64,000 bases of DNA. It comes from an uncultured delta proteobacterium (GTDB lineage Bacteria > Myxococcota_A > Polyangia > Polyangiales > Polyangiaceae). Numbering within the stretch: position 1 is the first letter of the stretch; every line of letters starts with the position of its first letter. Shown here in pieces: positions 9,911-22,712 of the stretch. The stretch spans positions 2,176,001 to 2,240,000 of the forward strand of contig CAWDXG010000004.1 in NCBI GenBank assembly GCA_963806225.1, in the 5' to 3' direction. Below the pieces are notes generated by a model. The model worked only from the letters and a program-made list of their open reading frames with translations. It was not told the DNA's origin and searched no databases. The translations under genes were made by a program, and so were the position numbers.

Positions 9911-10801
9911 GGCATGCTCAACTGGGAGCTGCTCCGCTACTTCGTCGCCCTCAGCCGCGCGGGCAGCCTCGCCGGCGCCGCACGCCAGTTGAAAGTGGAC
10001 CAGACGACGGTGGGCCGCCGGCTCGCCGCGCTGGAGCAGGAGCTCGGCGTGAAGCTGTTTCTCAGGACGCAGCGCGGCTACACCATCACGCCCGCCGGCG
10101 AGGAGATCCTCTCCGATCTCGACGTGGCCGAGTCGGCGTTCCTCGCCATCGAGCGGCGTCTGGCGGGGCGCGACGAGCGGCTCGAAGGCAGGGTGCGCGT
10201 GACCAGCACCGAGACATCGTCGACGCACATCCTCCGCGCGCTCGGCGGCTTCCGCGCGCGTCATCCGCATGTCGACATCGACTACCTGGCCACCAACAAG
10301 AACCTGAGCCTGACGCGCGGCGAGACCGATGTGGCGGTGCGCATGGGCAAGCCGAAGGAGCAGACCCTGCTCGCTCGACGCATCGGCGATATCGGCTGGG
10401 CCACGTACACCGCGGAGAGCTACATCAGGCGCCGCGGCGCGCCCACGCCGGGCCAGCTCGAGGGGCACGACGTGCTGTGGTTCGGCGACGACATGGAAGT
10501 GCTGAACCGCAACCGGCGCTTGCGCGCGCTGACGGCGGGCGGAAGCATCGTCTTCCGGGCCAACGGCATGATGCTCTTGACCTCGGCCGCGGTCGCGGGC
10601 CTGGGCGTGGCGATACTCCCGTGCGTCATCGCGGACGCGGAACCGACGCTCAAGCGCATCGAAAAGCCGTTCAAGCAGGGCGATATGTGGCTGGTCACGC
10701 ACCGTGACGCGCGCGACAACGCGCGTATCCGCGCGGTGAGCGACCACCTGTACGACAGGTTCCGCGAGCTCCGCCCGGCGCTGGCGGGAGCCGGGCGGTG
10801 A
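9905..10801 (+). CDS. LysR family transcriptional regulator
   Basis: WELLRYFVALSRAGSLAGAARQLKVDQTTVGRRLAALE HTH; start may be 9914. Confidence 0.93.
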   Translation: MQGMLNWELLRYFVALSRAGSLAGAARQLKVDQTTVGRRLAALEQELGVKLFLRTQRGYTITPAGEEILSDLDVAESAFLAIERRLAGRDERLEGRVRVTSTETSSTHILRALGGFRARHPHVDIDYLATNKNLSLTRGETDVAVRMGKPKEQTLLARRIGDIGWATYTAESYIRRRGAPTPGQLEGHDVLWFGDDMEVLNRNRRLRALTAGGSIVFRANGMMLLTSAAVAGLGVAILPCVIADAEPTLKRIEKPFKQGDMWLVTHRDARDNARIRAVSDHLYDRFRELRPALAGAGR

Positions 10802-10889
10802 CGCGACGAGCGGCGGCCAGCCAGCACGTCTCGACGCCCGAAGCTGCGCTGTCGCGAGATCGCGCTAGGCAGCGACCGGGTGGTGTGAG

Positions 10890-11489
10890 CTAGCCCTCTC
10901 GCCCGCGCGCTGGGTCGTTCAAGCCGAGCCCCTCGAGGATCCTCGGGATGTGCTTCTCCACCCGGGCAGCGCGCGTCTTCGAGAGCTTTGCGCCGGAGAA
11001 ATAGTAGATGTACGCCCGCTGCCGACCGGGTGTCAGCTTGGCGAAGGCCGCCTTCAACCTGGCATTGGCGGCGAGCCTGGACTCGAGCTCCTCGGGCATC
11101 TCGAAGTCCTCCGTCCTTTTCATCTGGACCTTCCGCCCGGCGCGCTCGTTCGCGATAGCCTCGCGCAGATAGGCCTTCACGGTTTTCTCGAGCTTGGTCA
11201 CTTCCTTCACGCTCGTGAACCGGATCTGCCGCGCGGCCTGCACGTTCCTGGTCTGTTGGATGAGGACCGTTTCCGGGTCCTCGAGCAGCGCGCCCTGGGG
11301 AAACAGGATGGCGCAATATTCCTTGAAGCCGTGGATGAGAGCGATGTTCCTGCCGTCAAGCACGTAGCAGGGCTTGCCCCACTTCAGCTCTTCCTCGAGC
11401 CCGGTCGCGAGAAGGATCTCCCGGAGCTTCTCGAACTCCGCTCGCCACGTCTTCTGCCGCTTCAGAAATGCATCGACCTTCCGGTTCAT
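10890..11489 (-). CDS. YdeI/OmpD-associated (DUF1801) protein
   Basis: EELKWGKPCY...LTPGRQRAY...AKLSKTRAARVEK. Confidence 0.9.
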   Translation of the reverse strand: MNRKVDAFLKRQKTWRAEFEKLREILLATGLEEELKWGKPCYVLDGRNIALIHGFKEYCAILFPQGALLEDPETVLIQQTRNVQAARQIRFTSVKEVTKLEKTVKAYLREAIANERAGRKVQMKRTEDFEMPEELESRLAANARLKAAFAKLTPGRQRAYIYYFSGAKLSKTRAARVEKHIPRILEGLGLNDPARGREG

Positions 11490-11569
11490 GGTCGGCCTCC
11501 TTCGTCTCGTGATGCGCGAGCTGACGCCGAGTGGGCCCTAGGCCTCCGGGGCGTGGTCGGCTCTCCCTG

Positions 11570-11941
11570 TCAGCAAGCCCACTGGTAGCCACCCGGAACG
11601 GCTACGCACTGGCAGCCCACGCCGGGATAATTGCAGACGAGCCCCTGGAGCGAGGCGGGACAATTGGAGCCTGGGTGCGGCGCCTTGCCCGGGCACTTCG
11701 CCGCGTCGCAGTGCCACTTGCCGTCCTTGTTGCAGGTGCAGGTCGTGTAGCCCTTGGGCGCCTGGTAGCCGCACGCCGCGCCGACGGCCCCGCAGACCAC
11801 GCCGTCGGCGGTCCCCGGCGCGCAGCCGCCCGCGCCCGGTGGCGGCGGCGACGAACCGCATGCCGGAATCACCAGTGCCGCAAGCGCCAAGCACCCGGCA
11901 CACAGACATCCCCGGATCAACGCGAGACCACCCGGTCGCAT
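11570..11941 (-). CDS. small secreted Cys-rich (lipo)protein
   Basis: Signal-like N-terminus ending ..IPAC; two CxY..C.C....W.C units. Confidence 0.65.
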   Translation of the reverse strand: MRPGGLALIRGCLCAGCLALAALVIPACGSSPPPPGAGGCAPGTADGVVCGAVGAACGYQAPKGYTTCTCNKDGKWHCDAAKCPGKAPHPGSNCPASLQGLVCNYPGVGCQCVAVPGGYQWAC

Positions 11942-12014
11942 GGCTCGAGGCTAGTCATCGATTCAATCGGTGTCGATGTCTTGTTGCAGCCATGGAGTGC
12001 GACATCGGCGTCTG

Positions 12015-12051
12015 ATAGCTCCTGGCTATCGAACTGACACAATCAATCGAA
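12015..12051 (+). promoter_or_regulatory. OxyR-like binding site upstream of katG
   Basis: ATAG-ctcctgg-CTAT (exact ATAG-N7-CTAT) followed by a degenerate second unit. Confidence 0.6.
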
Positions 12052-12077
12052 TTGCCGGTTGCACGGAAGAGCCTTAG

Positions 12078-14297
<2,220 letters not shown>

Positions 14298-14335
14298 TCG
14301 CGGAGGGCCGCCCGGACCTGGTCAAGCGGCCGAGC

Positions 14336-15313
14336 TCACGCCTGCGCAAGCAGTTCCTCGCTGATTGCCCACAGCTTCTCGGCTGATTCGTCGCTGCAGG
14401 CGTGGGCGTCGACGCCCTTGAAGCGCGCCGTGGGGCTTTCGGGGTCGGTCGGCGCGGCGATGTCGCAATCCTCGCAGTACACGCCGCACTTGCCTTCGAG
14501 CGCAGCCGCGGTGGCGGCCCACAGCGTCGTCGAGCAGCCCTGCTCGGGCGTCTTGAATCCGGCCTTGGCCCGTTCACTGGGCTCGCCGTCTTCGCCCAGC
14601 CAGCCGAGCGCGATCATCTCTTCCTTCGGCAGGTGGCGCTGGAGCGGCGTGAAGATGCCGCCGGGATGGACGGCAAACGCCAGCCCGCCGCTGCCCTGCA
14701 GGCGCCGCGATAGCGCGTTGGCAAACAGTGCGTTGGCCGTCTTGGCCTGACCATAGGCTTTCCACTTGTTGTACTCGCCTTTCTCGAACTGGATGTCGTC
14801 CCAGCGGATGTCGCTGATCTTGTGCCCGGTGGAGGACAGCGCGACGACGCGGGCTCCGGGCGTTTTCTCGAGCAGCGGGAACAGCGCCTGGGTCAGCGCG
14901 AAGTGCCCCATGTGGTTGACACCGAACTGCGACTCCCAGCCCGGCCCGACCCGCGCTTCCGGGCAAGCCATGATGCCGGCGTTGTTGATCAAGAGGTCGA
15001 GCTTCTCGAGCTCGCCGAGCATCGAGTCGGCGAAGGCGCGAACGGAGCCGAGGTCCGCGAGGTCCATCGGCGCCGTCCGCACGTCGCCCTGCACGCCGGC
15101 CAGGTTCTCTGCCGCCTTTCCAGCCGAGCGGACCGGGACGATGATGCTGACGCCCTTGGCTGCAAGCGCGCGCGTCGTCTCGAGACCGATACCGCTGTAG
15201 CCGCCGGTGACGATCGCCACGCTGCCGGACAGGTCGAGGTTGGCGATGACTTCGGCGCCATCGCTCTTGGCGTGAAAGCCGGAGTTGGTCGGGACTTGAT
15301 CGGATACGGCCAT
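14336..15313 (-). CDS. SDR oxidoreductase (retinol dehydrogenase/WWOX-like)
   Basis: TGGYSGIG, NNAG, YGQAK. Confidence 0.92.
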   Translation of the reverse strand: MAVSDQVPTNSGFHAKSDGAEVIANLDLSGSVAIVTGGYSGIGLETTRALAAKGVSIIVPVRSAGKAAENLAGVQGDVRTAPMDLADLGSVRAFADSMLGELEKLDLLINNAGIMACPEARVGPGWESQFGVNHMGHFALTQALFPLLEKTPGARVVALSSTGHKISDIRWDDIQFEKGEYNKWKAYGQAKTANALFANALSRRLQGSGGLAFAVHPGGIFTPLQRHLPKEEMIALGWLGEDGEPSERAKAGFKTPEQGCSTTLWAATAAALEGKCGVYCEDCDIAAPTDPESPTARFKGVDAHACSDESAEKLWAISEELLAQA

Positions 15314-15478
15314 GCTCTGCTCCTGGTCCAGGTCTGCTCGTCGAAGATGCGGGCGCCCGGGTCCCGGGCCCCGCGGGGCATCTTTCCCGACGGGCTGGCG
15401 CATGTCCAACTCGATCACCCCCGCCTCTGCACGACTCTGGACATCCTCGAGCCGCGGAGGCAGGCGCCGTGGGCGGTG

Positions 15479-17119
15479 CTACCCAACCAGGCTGTTCTGG
15501 TAGGCCCAGGCCGTCGCCGCCGAGCGCGAGGACACGTCGAGCTTGACGAAGATATTGCTCACGTGCCGGTCGATGGTCTTCTCGCTCAGGAAGAGCTGGC
15601 GCGCGATGGCCTTGTTGGTCTTGCCCGACGCGACCAGGAGCAGCACCTCGAGCTCCCGCGTGCTCAGCTTGTGCGCGGCGGGCGCCGGGCGCGCGCGGGA
15701 GGGCGCAGGCGCGGTCGGGGCTTCGAGCGCGGCCACGTCGGGCGCCGCGCCGAGCTCTTCGAAGATCTTCTTCGCGGCGGCGAGCTCGAGCGCCGCGCCG
15801 TCCTCGTCGCCGAGCGCCGAAAACGCGCGGGCCAAGAGCACGCGGATGCGCGCGCCGAGGTACGGAGCACCGGCGCGCTGCCACGCGAGCTGAGCGCGCG
15901 TGAGCGGTTCGATTGCCGCGCGGGCGTCGCCTTCCGCCAGAAGCACGGCGCCCTCCGCGTGCGCGGCCATCGCGCCGAGCAGCTCCATCCCGAGCTCCTC
16001 GGCGAGATGGCGGAGCTCGTCGGCAGCCCGCCGCGCTTCTTCGAGATCGCCGGCAGCCAGCATGACCTCGACGTGCGCCGGCAAGAGGCGCGTGCGCTCG
16101 AGGGGACTCGCCGCCACGGCGAGCACGCGCCGCATCGTCGCCGCGGCCGGCTCGACGCGCCCCTGCGCCATCCGGAGCAGCGCGAGCCCCGGCTGCGGAT
16201 CGCGACCGCGCTCGCTGGCCGAGGCGTAGGCGCGCTCCGCTTCGCCGAGCTCGCCGCGCAGGCGATGGAGCTCGCCCTCCTGGTAGAACGCGTTGCCCGC
16301 TTCGGTGTCCTTCGTCGGGGCCAGGCGCGCGCACGCGCGACGCGCCTCTTCGATGGCTTCCGGCCAATCGCCGCCGAGCTGCAGGATCTCGGAGCGGTGG
16401 ATCAGGCACGCGCCGGCGAACGCCACGAGCTGAGGCTGCTCCGCGCACCATTCGCTCAGAGCGGCCGTCCATTCGCGCGCACGATCGAGCGCGTAGCTCT
16501 GCTGGCAGCACGCGATGACACCGCAGTAGATCAGCCCCGAGACGATCGGCGACAGCTCGCCGCTGGTGACGGACACCATCGCCTCGTCGAGGATCGGAAG
16601 CCCCTCGGCGAGCCGGCTCTGGCGGACCAGCGCGCGTCCCTCGAAGCTCCTGGCCAGCGCGCACAGGTCGCTGTCACCGTAGCGCGCGCCGATCTCCGCG
16701 ACCTCGGCTGCGACCCCCTGGGCCGCTCTGTGGTCGCCGGCGCCGGTGAAGCGGAACACCATAGGCAGGCGCAGATAGCCGCACTCGACACAGTCGCCTT
16801 CGCCGTCGACCAGCCGCTGCGCCCGCATGAGCCAGCCGCTGGCACGTGCCATCTCCCCCAGCGAGAACAGTCGCATCGCGAGCCAGAATGCAGCCCGCGC
16901 CGCCGGCAGAACCTCGCCCCTGTCGAGCCGCAGGTGGTGGAGCCGTTCGAAAGCCGCGACCGTCGCGTCCTCGTGCCCGGTCAGCCCCGCCGACATTGCC
17001 AGCCGCTCGACGTCGCCGGCGTCAAGCGCGTCGAGGCCTGCTTCGGAAAACGCGTCGTAGGCGTCACCCCACGCCCGCTCCGCGTAGGCTCTGCGTCCCC
17101 TGGTCAGGGCATCGTCCAC
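15479..17119 (-). CDS. LuxR-family regulator with helical (MalT/TPR-like) N-terminus
   Basis: C-terminal [39 protein letters not shown]; probable GTG start. Confidence 0.9.
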   Translation of the reverse strand: MDDALTRGRRAYAERAWGDAYDAFSEAGLDALDAGDVERLAMSAGLTGHEDATVAAFERLHHLRLDRGEVLPAARAAFWLAMRLFSLGEMARASGWLMRAQRLVDGEGDCVECGYLRLPMVFRFTGAGDHRAAQGVAAEVAEIGARYGDSDLCALARSFEGRALVRQSRLAEGLPILDEAMVSVTSGELSPIVSGLIYCGVIACCQQSYALDRAREWTAALSEWCAEQPQLVAFAGACLIHRSEILQLGGDWPEAIEEARRACARLAPTKDTEAGNAFYQEGELHRLRGELGEAERAYASASERGRDPQPGLALLRMAQGRVEPAAATMRRVLAVAASPLERTRLLPAHVEVMLAAGDLEEARRAADELRHLAEELGMELLGAMAAHAEGAVLLAEGDARAAIEPLTRAQLAWQRAGAPYLGARIRVLLARAFSALGDEDGAALELAAAKKIFEELGAAPDVAALEAPTAPAPSRARPAPAAHKLSTRELEVLLLVASGKTNKAIARQLFLSEKTIDRHVSNIFVKLDVSSRSAATAWAYQNSLVG

Positions 17120-17129
17120 GAACGTGACT

Positions 17130-19583
17130 CTACACCAGCCTCCTACGAAGAACGACGAGCAGCGCGAGCACCGCAAGCGCCACGGGTACCGGCGCTCCAG
17201 GCGAGCGCGGCGTCGCGCGACAGCCGCAACCGCCGCTACTGTCTGGGGAAGCGTGCGGTCCGTTCGCGGTGCCAGCGTCGGCGTCCGCTCCGGCGTCGGC
17301 AGGCGGCGCGGCATCGGCGCCAGCGTCCGGCGTGACGGGCACTTTGCCCTGTCGCGAGAGCTTGGCGGTGTGGGTCGCTCCGTTTGCGCGGTCGACCGTC
17401 AAGGTCCCCGTGGAGGCGTCCACGCTGATCCCCGGATCGCCGGCCACGCCGTCCGCGAACGCACCCGACAGCTTCACCTTCATCGTGCCTGTTCCCCACG
17501 CGGGGTCGGCTGCAGCGACCGAGACGACATTGCCGTCATCGGTGAGGTACACGGTCGCCGGTGTGTCGGTAGTGAGCGTGGTGCCGGAACCGAGATCGAG
17601 CGAGCCCGCCTTCCAGAACACGACGCCGACGCTCTGCCCGGCGCGGACCGCGGCGACGTCCGGATCGTTCTGCAGGATCGTGAACGGCTTGCCCGCCGTC
17701 CACGACGCCATGTCCTGACCGGCGAGCGCGATGGCGTAGGCGTAGGTCGCGCCGCTCGGCGCCTTGCCGTGCGGGATCGCGAGCGTCAGGAAGCGCGCGC
17801 TGACGCTGCCGCTCGACACGCCAAGCTTCGACCAGTCGCCGGTCTGGTCCTTGATCCCGACATCGACGCCGGTCGCAGCCGGGAAATAGTAGCCAAGCCC
17901 GTCGGCGCTGATCCAGGTCGGGTTCGACAGAGTCGTGGAGTACAGCCCGCTCGCGACGGTCTTGCCGTCGACGACGAGCGGCGCGTCCGGTTTCGACAGC
18001 GGCCACTGCTCCACGATCGTCTCCACCGGCGCGGACGCCGTGTCCGTGATGCCGCTGCCCAGGAAGACGATGAAGTCGTCGAAGAAGAACCAGCTCTTTT
18101 CGGCATGAAGCGTGGTCTTGAGCGGCGCCGAGTCCATGGCGGACACGCCGTTCTGCCCGTCGCCGGTGCCTCCCACGAACGATGTGGTGCCAAGACCGTA
18201 GTCCTCGTTCGCGGCGTGCCCGTTCTGCTCCACGGTGACGCCAGGCAGGCGCGACCAATCCATCGCGGGCCAGAGCTTCTTGCCGAAGTACTCGTCGCCC
18301 GCGCGCACCAGATACAGGTGCCCGTCGGACTGGCGCGAGCCCTGTTTGCCCTCGTTGTTCACCAGCTCGCCGCTCTTGGTGCGCTTGGAGAGCATCTTGA
18401 CCGATGCGTAGTAGCCGGCGCGCCGGTGTACGGTGACATCGGCAAAGGGATAGTGCCTGTGGCCGGACGGCAAGGCAGCCTGATCGGGCAACGCCACCAG
18501 CTTCTCGGCGAGCGCGACGATCGAGATGCCGCCACTGCCGAGCGCAGCGATGGTCGCCTTGGCGTCGCTCCGTAGTTCCAGTTGTCTCGGCGACGTGACG
18601 AACGAGAGATCCACGAACGCGTCGCGCGCCGCGGAGGCATTCTTGCCCGGGCGCGTGATCTCGCGACCGATCACGGCGGGATCGAAATAGCCGTCGAACA
18701 CCGTCCAGGCGACGCCGTCAGCCACGTAGTTGATGGCGTTCGTCTGCTTGTCGGGAGCGAGCGCGTACGCCGTGCCGTCCGTCAGCTCGAGATACGTCGC
18801 GATGTCGGCGGCATAGCCCGAGCCGTAACCGCCCGTGTAGGGCTGCCCCTTGTGCTGGATGAAGGAGTAGTCGGGCTTGATTCCGTCCTCGAGCGGGACA
18901 GCGTCGATCGTCGCGCTCGTCTCGACCGCCGTACGCACCGGATCGAGCTCGGAGGGTGTGTTGTGCAAAAGCCCGATGCGCAGGTGGTTCATCGCGCACC
19001 AGAGCAGGTTTTCCCCGGTAAACTTGTTCATGTGCGCGACGTCGCCGACCTGGTACGTGAGCGCGGCGACCAGCTTGTCGAAGAGCGTCGGGTCCAGGTC
19101 GTTCTGCATCAAGAGCAGCGTCGGACCGAGCGCGTCCGGCACGCCGATCTCCCAGAACCACCAGTTGCCGACCACGCAACTCGAGTCACCGCAGTAGTAC
19201 TGCGAGCCGTACGTGAGCGCGCTCTGGATCGACTGCTTCAGCGAGGCATCGTGATACAACGCGCCCGACGGGATCGAATACGCCTGCGCCAGCGTAAGCA
19301 CGCGACTGAAGTGCGAGCTCACGCTCCAGCCGGCGGCGGGCTTGTCGGTGTACGACAGATCGGAAAACTTCCCATTGGATCCAAGCTTCGCGAGGTAACC
19401 CTGCGCCCGGTTGGTGATCGACTTCTGCGCGCTCGCCACGCCGGGGTCGCCGGCGGGAGCCGAAGCCGCCGTGTAGCTATCGACGAGGCGCGCCCGGATC
19501 GTGGCAAGGTCGTCGGCACGCGCTGTTGTCGCAGCCAGAAAGGACCCCAGCAAGCACCCCAGAGCTATGATCGAAGCGCGCAT
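17130..19583 (-). CDS. polysaccharide lyase family 8 with MYXO-CTERM-type sorting tail
   Basis: Signal peptide; [44 protein letters not shown]; tail GGCGCRA + TM + RRR. Confidence 0.9.
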   Translation of the reverse strand: MRASIIALGCLLGSFLAATTARADDLATIRARLVDSYTAASAPAGDPGVASAQKSITNRAQGYLAKLGSNGKFSDLSYTDKPAAGWSVSSHFSRVLTLAQAYSIPSGALYHDASLKQSIQSALTYGSQYYCGDSSCVVGNWWFWEIGVPDALGPTLLLMQNDLDPTLFDKLVAALTYQVGDVAHMNKFTGENLLWCAMNHLRIGLLHNTPSELDPVRTAVETSATIDAVPLEDGIKPDYSFIQHKGQPYTGGYGSGYAADIATYLELTDGTAYALAPDKQTNAINYVADGVAWTVFDGYFDPAVIGREITRPGKNASAARDAFVDLSFVTSPRQLELRSDAKATIAALGSGGISIVALAEKLVALPDQAALPSGHRHYPFADVTVHRRAGYYASVKMLSKRTKSGELVNNEGKQGSRQSDGHLYLVRAGDEYFGKKLWPAMDWSRLPGVTVEQNGHAANEDYGLGTTSFVGGTGDGQNGVSAMDSAPLKTTLHAEKSWFFFDDFIVFLGSGITDTASAPVETIVEQWPLSKPDAPLVVDGKTVASGLYSTTLSNPTWISADGLGYYFPAATGVDVGIKDQTGDWSKLGVSSGSVSARFLTLAIPHGKAPSGATYAYAIALAGQDMASWTAGKPFTILQNDPDVAAVRAGQSVGVVFWKAGSLDLGSGTTLTTDTPATVYLTDDGNVVSVAAADPAWGTGTMKVKLSGAFADGVAGDPGISVDASTGTLTVDRANGATHTAKLSRQGKVPVTPDAGADAAPPADAGADADAGTANGPHASPDSSGGCGCRATPRSPGAPVPVALAVLALLVVLRRRLV

Positions 19584-19645
19584 CGCACGATGCTACGGCC
19601 GATCGGCGGAGCCGCGCAATGGCCACCCGCGCCGCCGTCAGGAAG

Positions 19646-20887
19646 CTACTCGAATATCTTCTCTTCCGTCTCGCCGGCGGCTTCGGCGTCGGCTTCGTAG
19701 TCGCGGAAGAGGTCGGCGCGGCGCTTTTCGTACGCGCTGTACCACTCGTGGGCGACGATCATGCTCATGACCTCGTTGGTCCCGGTCCAGATCGAAGCCA
19801 GGCCCAGGTCTCGCACAATGCGTTCCACCGGGTAGACGTTGGTGTAGCCGATGCCGCCCATCACCTGCATGGCGTGGCGCGCGACCTGTTGGCAGCTCTC
19901 GGTCACGAACTTCTTGGTCTCGCTGATCAGCCGGCGCATCTCGCCCGCGGGAGCGCCCAGATCCACAGCGCGTGCCGTCGTGTAGACCATCGCGCGCGAC
20001 GCATCGAGCAGGGTCGAGGCCTGCGCGACCTGGAAGCTTACGCCCTGGAACTCGTTGATGGTCTGCCCGAAGGCCTTGCGGCGCGTGGTGTAGCTGCCAG
20101 CGACCTCGAGCGCCGGGCGCGCCGCGCCGATGGTCATGGCCGCCGTGCCGAGTCGCTCGGGGATCATCATGGTCTGGAACACCGCGGCGGCGCCGTTGAG
20201 CTGCCCCACGATGTTCTTCTTGGGCACCTTCACGTCCTTGAACACCAGGCGCGCCGTACCGCCGCCGCGGCAACCCATCAGGCCGTAGTGGTACTTCACA
20301 TCGACGCCGGGACCGCGGTCGACGATCAGGCAGGTCAGACCCTTGTGCGGTTTGGCCTCGGGATCGGTGCGCGCATAGACCAGGAAGTAGTCGGCGCCGT
20401 CTCCGCCCACGATGAAGCGCTTCTGCCCGTTGACGATGAAGTGCTCGCCCGCGTCTTCCGCCGTGGTGGTGGTGCCGAAGAAGTCCGAGCCGCCGCGCGG
20501 TTCAGTCAGGCACTCGGCGGCGAAGGTCTCGCCGCGCAGTAGCGGCTTGACGTAGCGCTCCTTCTGCTCGTCGGTGCCGTGCAGGATGATCGCGTCGCAT
20601 ACCAACTCCGCCCCCACGCCGAACACGCAGGCAAAGATGTAGCCGAGCGTGCCGACCTCCTCCATCACCATGCAGGTGGTGGCCCAGTCGAGGTCGCGCC
20701 CGCCCCACTGCCTGGGATAGCGGCAGCCCATCAAGTTCAATCGCCCCGCCTCCCGCAGGAACTCCTTGGGGAAGCGGATCTCGTCGCGATCCATCGCGAC
20801 GATCATGTCCCGGGGCACCGAGCGCACCAGCTCGCGCGCTTCGTCGCGGATCTGTCGCTGGGCGTCGTTCAGCAAGAAGTCGTACAT
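19646..20887 (-). CDS. acyl-CoA dehydrogenase
   Basis: CLTEPRGGSD, NGQKRFI, QVMGGIGY, IWTGTNEV. Confidence 0.93.
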   Translation of the reverse strand: MYDFLLNDAQRQIRDEARELVRSVPRDMIVAMDRDEIRFPKEFLREAGRLNLMGCRYPRQWGGRDLDWATTCMVMEEVGTLGYIFACVFGVGAELVCDAIILHGTDEQKERYVKPLLRGETFAAECLTEPRGGSDFFGTTTTAEDAGEHFIVNGQKRFIVGGDGADYFLVYARTDPEAKPHKGLTCLIVDRGPGVDVKYHYGLMGCRGGGTARLVFKDVKVPKKNIVGQLNGAAAVFQTMMIPERLGTAAMTIGAARPALEVAGSYTTRRKAFGQTINEFQGVSFQVAQASTLLDASRAMVYTTARAVDLGAPAGEMRRLISETKKFVTESCQQVARHAMQVMGGIGYTNVYPVERIVRDLGLASIWTGTNEVMSMIVAHEWYSAYEKRRADLFRDYEADAEAAGETEEKIFE

Positions 20888-20935
20888 GGTGGAGGCGAGG
20901 ATGCCTCCGGAGCGCTCGACAGGGGATGACCGTGG

Positions 20936-21574
20936 TCAGGGCGCCCGCTGGGCGTCCCGCGTGACCACTTCCTGTGCCTCTGCGAGCGTCATCTGCTTGT
21001 TGTAGAGGGCGTCGTTGGGCTCGCTCAGCCCGCGTACCTGGGCCAGGTCCCCCAGGAACAGGGGACCGAACCCGAGCTCCTCGATAAATTGCCTCGCAAC
21101 GGATTCTGCCTGCGCGTCCGACGCCGCGAACGGGAGCACGCGTCGCTCCGCCAGGGCCTTCGCCGTGTCACCCTCGACGCGCAGGTGCTCCCAGTAGATC
21201 GTGTTGAAAGCCTTGGCGATGTGCGTCCCGGGCAGAAGGCCTTGCAGGTACTCGCTCTGCGTGAGCCCGCCAAGATCGATCTCGCCATCGCGACCCGGGT
21301 AGTAGTTCGATGCGGTGATCAGTACCTTGCCCTCGAGTTCGGCGCGCGGCAGCGTGTCCAGCTTGCCGAAGGGAATGGCCTCGATGACGACGTCGCCGAG
21401 CCGCGCGGCCTCCGGAGCCGACGCGGCGGAGGCTTTCGGGCCGAGTCTCGCGACCAGCTCGCGGAGGCTCTCGGGCCCCCGGGAGTTGGCGACGACCACT
21501 TCGTGTCCGGCGGCGGTCAGAAGGCCCGCGAGCGTCCCACCGATGTTGCCTGAGCCAATGATGCCGATCTTCAT
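20936..21574 (-). CDS. NADPH-dependent F420 reductase-like oxidoreductase
   Basis: MKIGIIGSGNIG, NSRGPESL, KAFNTI. Confidence 0.88.
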   Translation of the reverse strand: MKIGIIGSGNIGGTLAGLLTAAGHEVVVANSRGPESLRELVARLGPKASAASAPEAARLGDVVIEAIPFGKLDTLPRAELEGKVLITASNYYPGRDGEIDLGGLTQSEYLQGLLPGTHIAKAFNTIYWEHLRVEGDTAKALAERRVLPFAASDAQAESVARQFIEELGFGPLFLGDLAQVRGLSEPNDALYNKQMTLAEAQEVVTRDAQRAP

Positions 21575-21643
21575 GTTCTTCTTCCTTGTGGCCCAGCACC
21601 CGTACCACGAGATCGCCCAGACTCCTCGCGCGGGAGCGCCACG

Positions 21644-22699
21644 CTAGGGCGACAGCAGATCCAGGATCCCGTGCAGGTCCGAGATCGACTGCATCGCGCC
21701 GGCTTTCGTGGGGGCGAACGAGGCGGTCTGCGACCAGCCGCTGCCGTAGCACCACGATTTCTGGCCGGTGATGCACTCGGAGGCGACGATCGGAGCCTGG
21801 AAGGAAAAGCCGACGGGACTCGATCTCAGCAGCCACGAGACCCGCAGGTAGCCCGTCGAGGCGACGATCGCGTCGCCCGTCGACGTGCCGGGCAGGTAGC
21901 CGGCTTCGGTCGCGGCCATGGCCACGACCTGGTCGGTCGTCTTGCCCGGGTAGAGCTTGGCCGCCATGCTGTCGACCGACGACTGGCTACAGCAAGGCAC
22001 CTGTATCGCCGACGCACCGACCTGCCACGCCTGGCCGGTGGCGCATGCCGTCGTCGGTCCGATGTGCACGCCCTTGCCGCCCTGCTGGCACAGCGAGAAC
22101 CCGACCGGATCCGGGTTCGACACGTCGAGCACGCCCTCTTTCAGCGACCACCACGTCACCTGCGACGCGTCGGTAAGCCGCGCGTCCCGGGCGCCCTGGA
22201 TCACTGGCACGACGCAGTACGCGACGTAGTGCACCCACCCCGCCTCCGCGTTGTCGAGCGCGTGACCGTTCACCCTGTCCGACAGGCTCCCCGAACGCAC
22301 GCGGCACTGATCGTCGAAGCCGCTCGGGAGCTTCACGCAACCGTTCGGGCACGTGAAGCTTTCGGTCGCGCCACCGATCGAGCGCTTCAACGTCGTGCCG
22401 TCGGGTTGGCAAGTCCAGCTCTCCTTGCCGGCGAAGTGCCCACACGGGCTGGCGACGCTCGGCCCCGCATCGATCGAGCTGTCCGCGTCGGCGCCGGGAG
22501 CGTCGCTTGCCGCATCGCCCGCCGCTGCGTCGGGAAGCGACGCCGCGTCCGCGACATCGGGCAGCGCGTCGGACGCGGCCGCATCGCGGGGGACGGCGCC
22601 AATCGCGGCTGACTGCGAGCACGCAGACACGCACAGACCGAGGGCGACGGCGACGCGCTGCGTCCGCTGGACCTTCCGGAATGCTCCAAGCGTGCGCAT
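21644..22699 (-). CDS. secreted lipoprotein of unknown function
   Basis: Lipobox-like VSAC, DA-rich linker, Cys-rich module, globular C-terminal domain. Confidence 0.65.
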   Translation of the reverse strand: MRTLGAFRKVQRTQRVAVALGLCVSACSQSAAIGAVPRDAAASDALPDVADAASLPDAAAGDAASDAPGADADSSIDAGPSVASPCGHFAGKESWTCQPDGTTLKRSIGGATESFTCPNGCVKLPSGFDDQCRVRSGSLSDRVNGHALDNAEAGWVHYVAYCVVPVIQGARDARLTDASQVTWWSLKEGVLDVSNPDPVGFSLCQQGGKGVHIGPTTACATGQAWQVGASAIQVPCCSQSSVDSMAAKLYPGKTTDQVVAMAATEAGYLPGTSTGDAIVASTGYLRVSWLLRSSPVGFSFQAPIVASECITGQKSWCYGSGWSQTASFAPTKAGAMQSISDLHGILDLLSP

Positions 22700-22712
22700 C
22701 AACGAGATTGTC

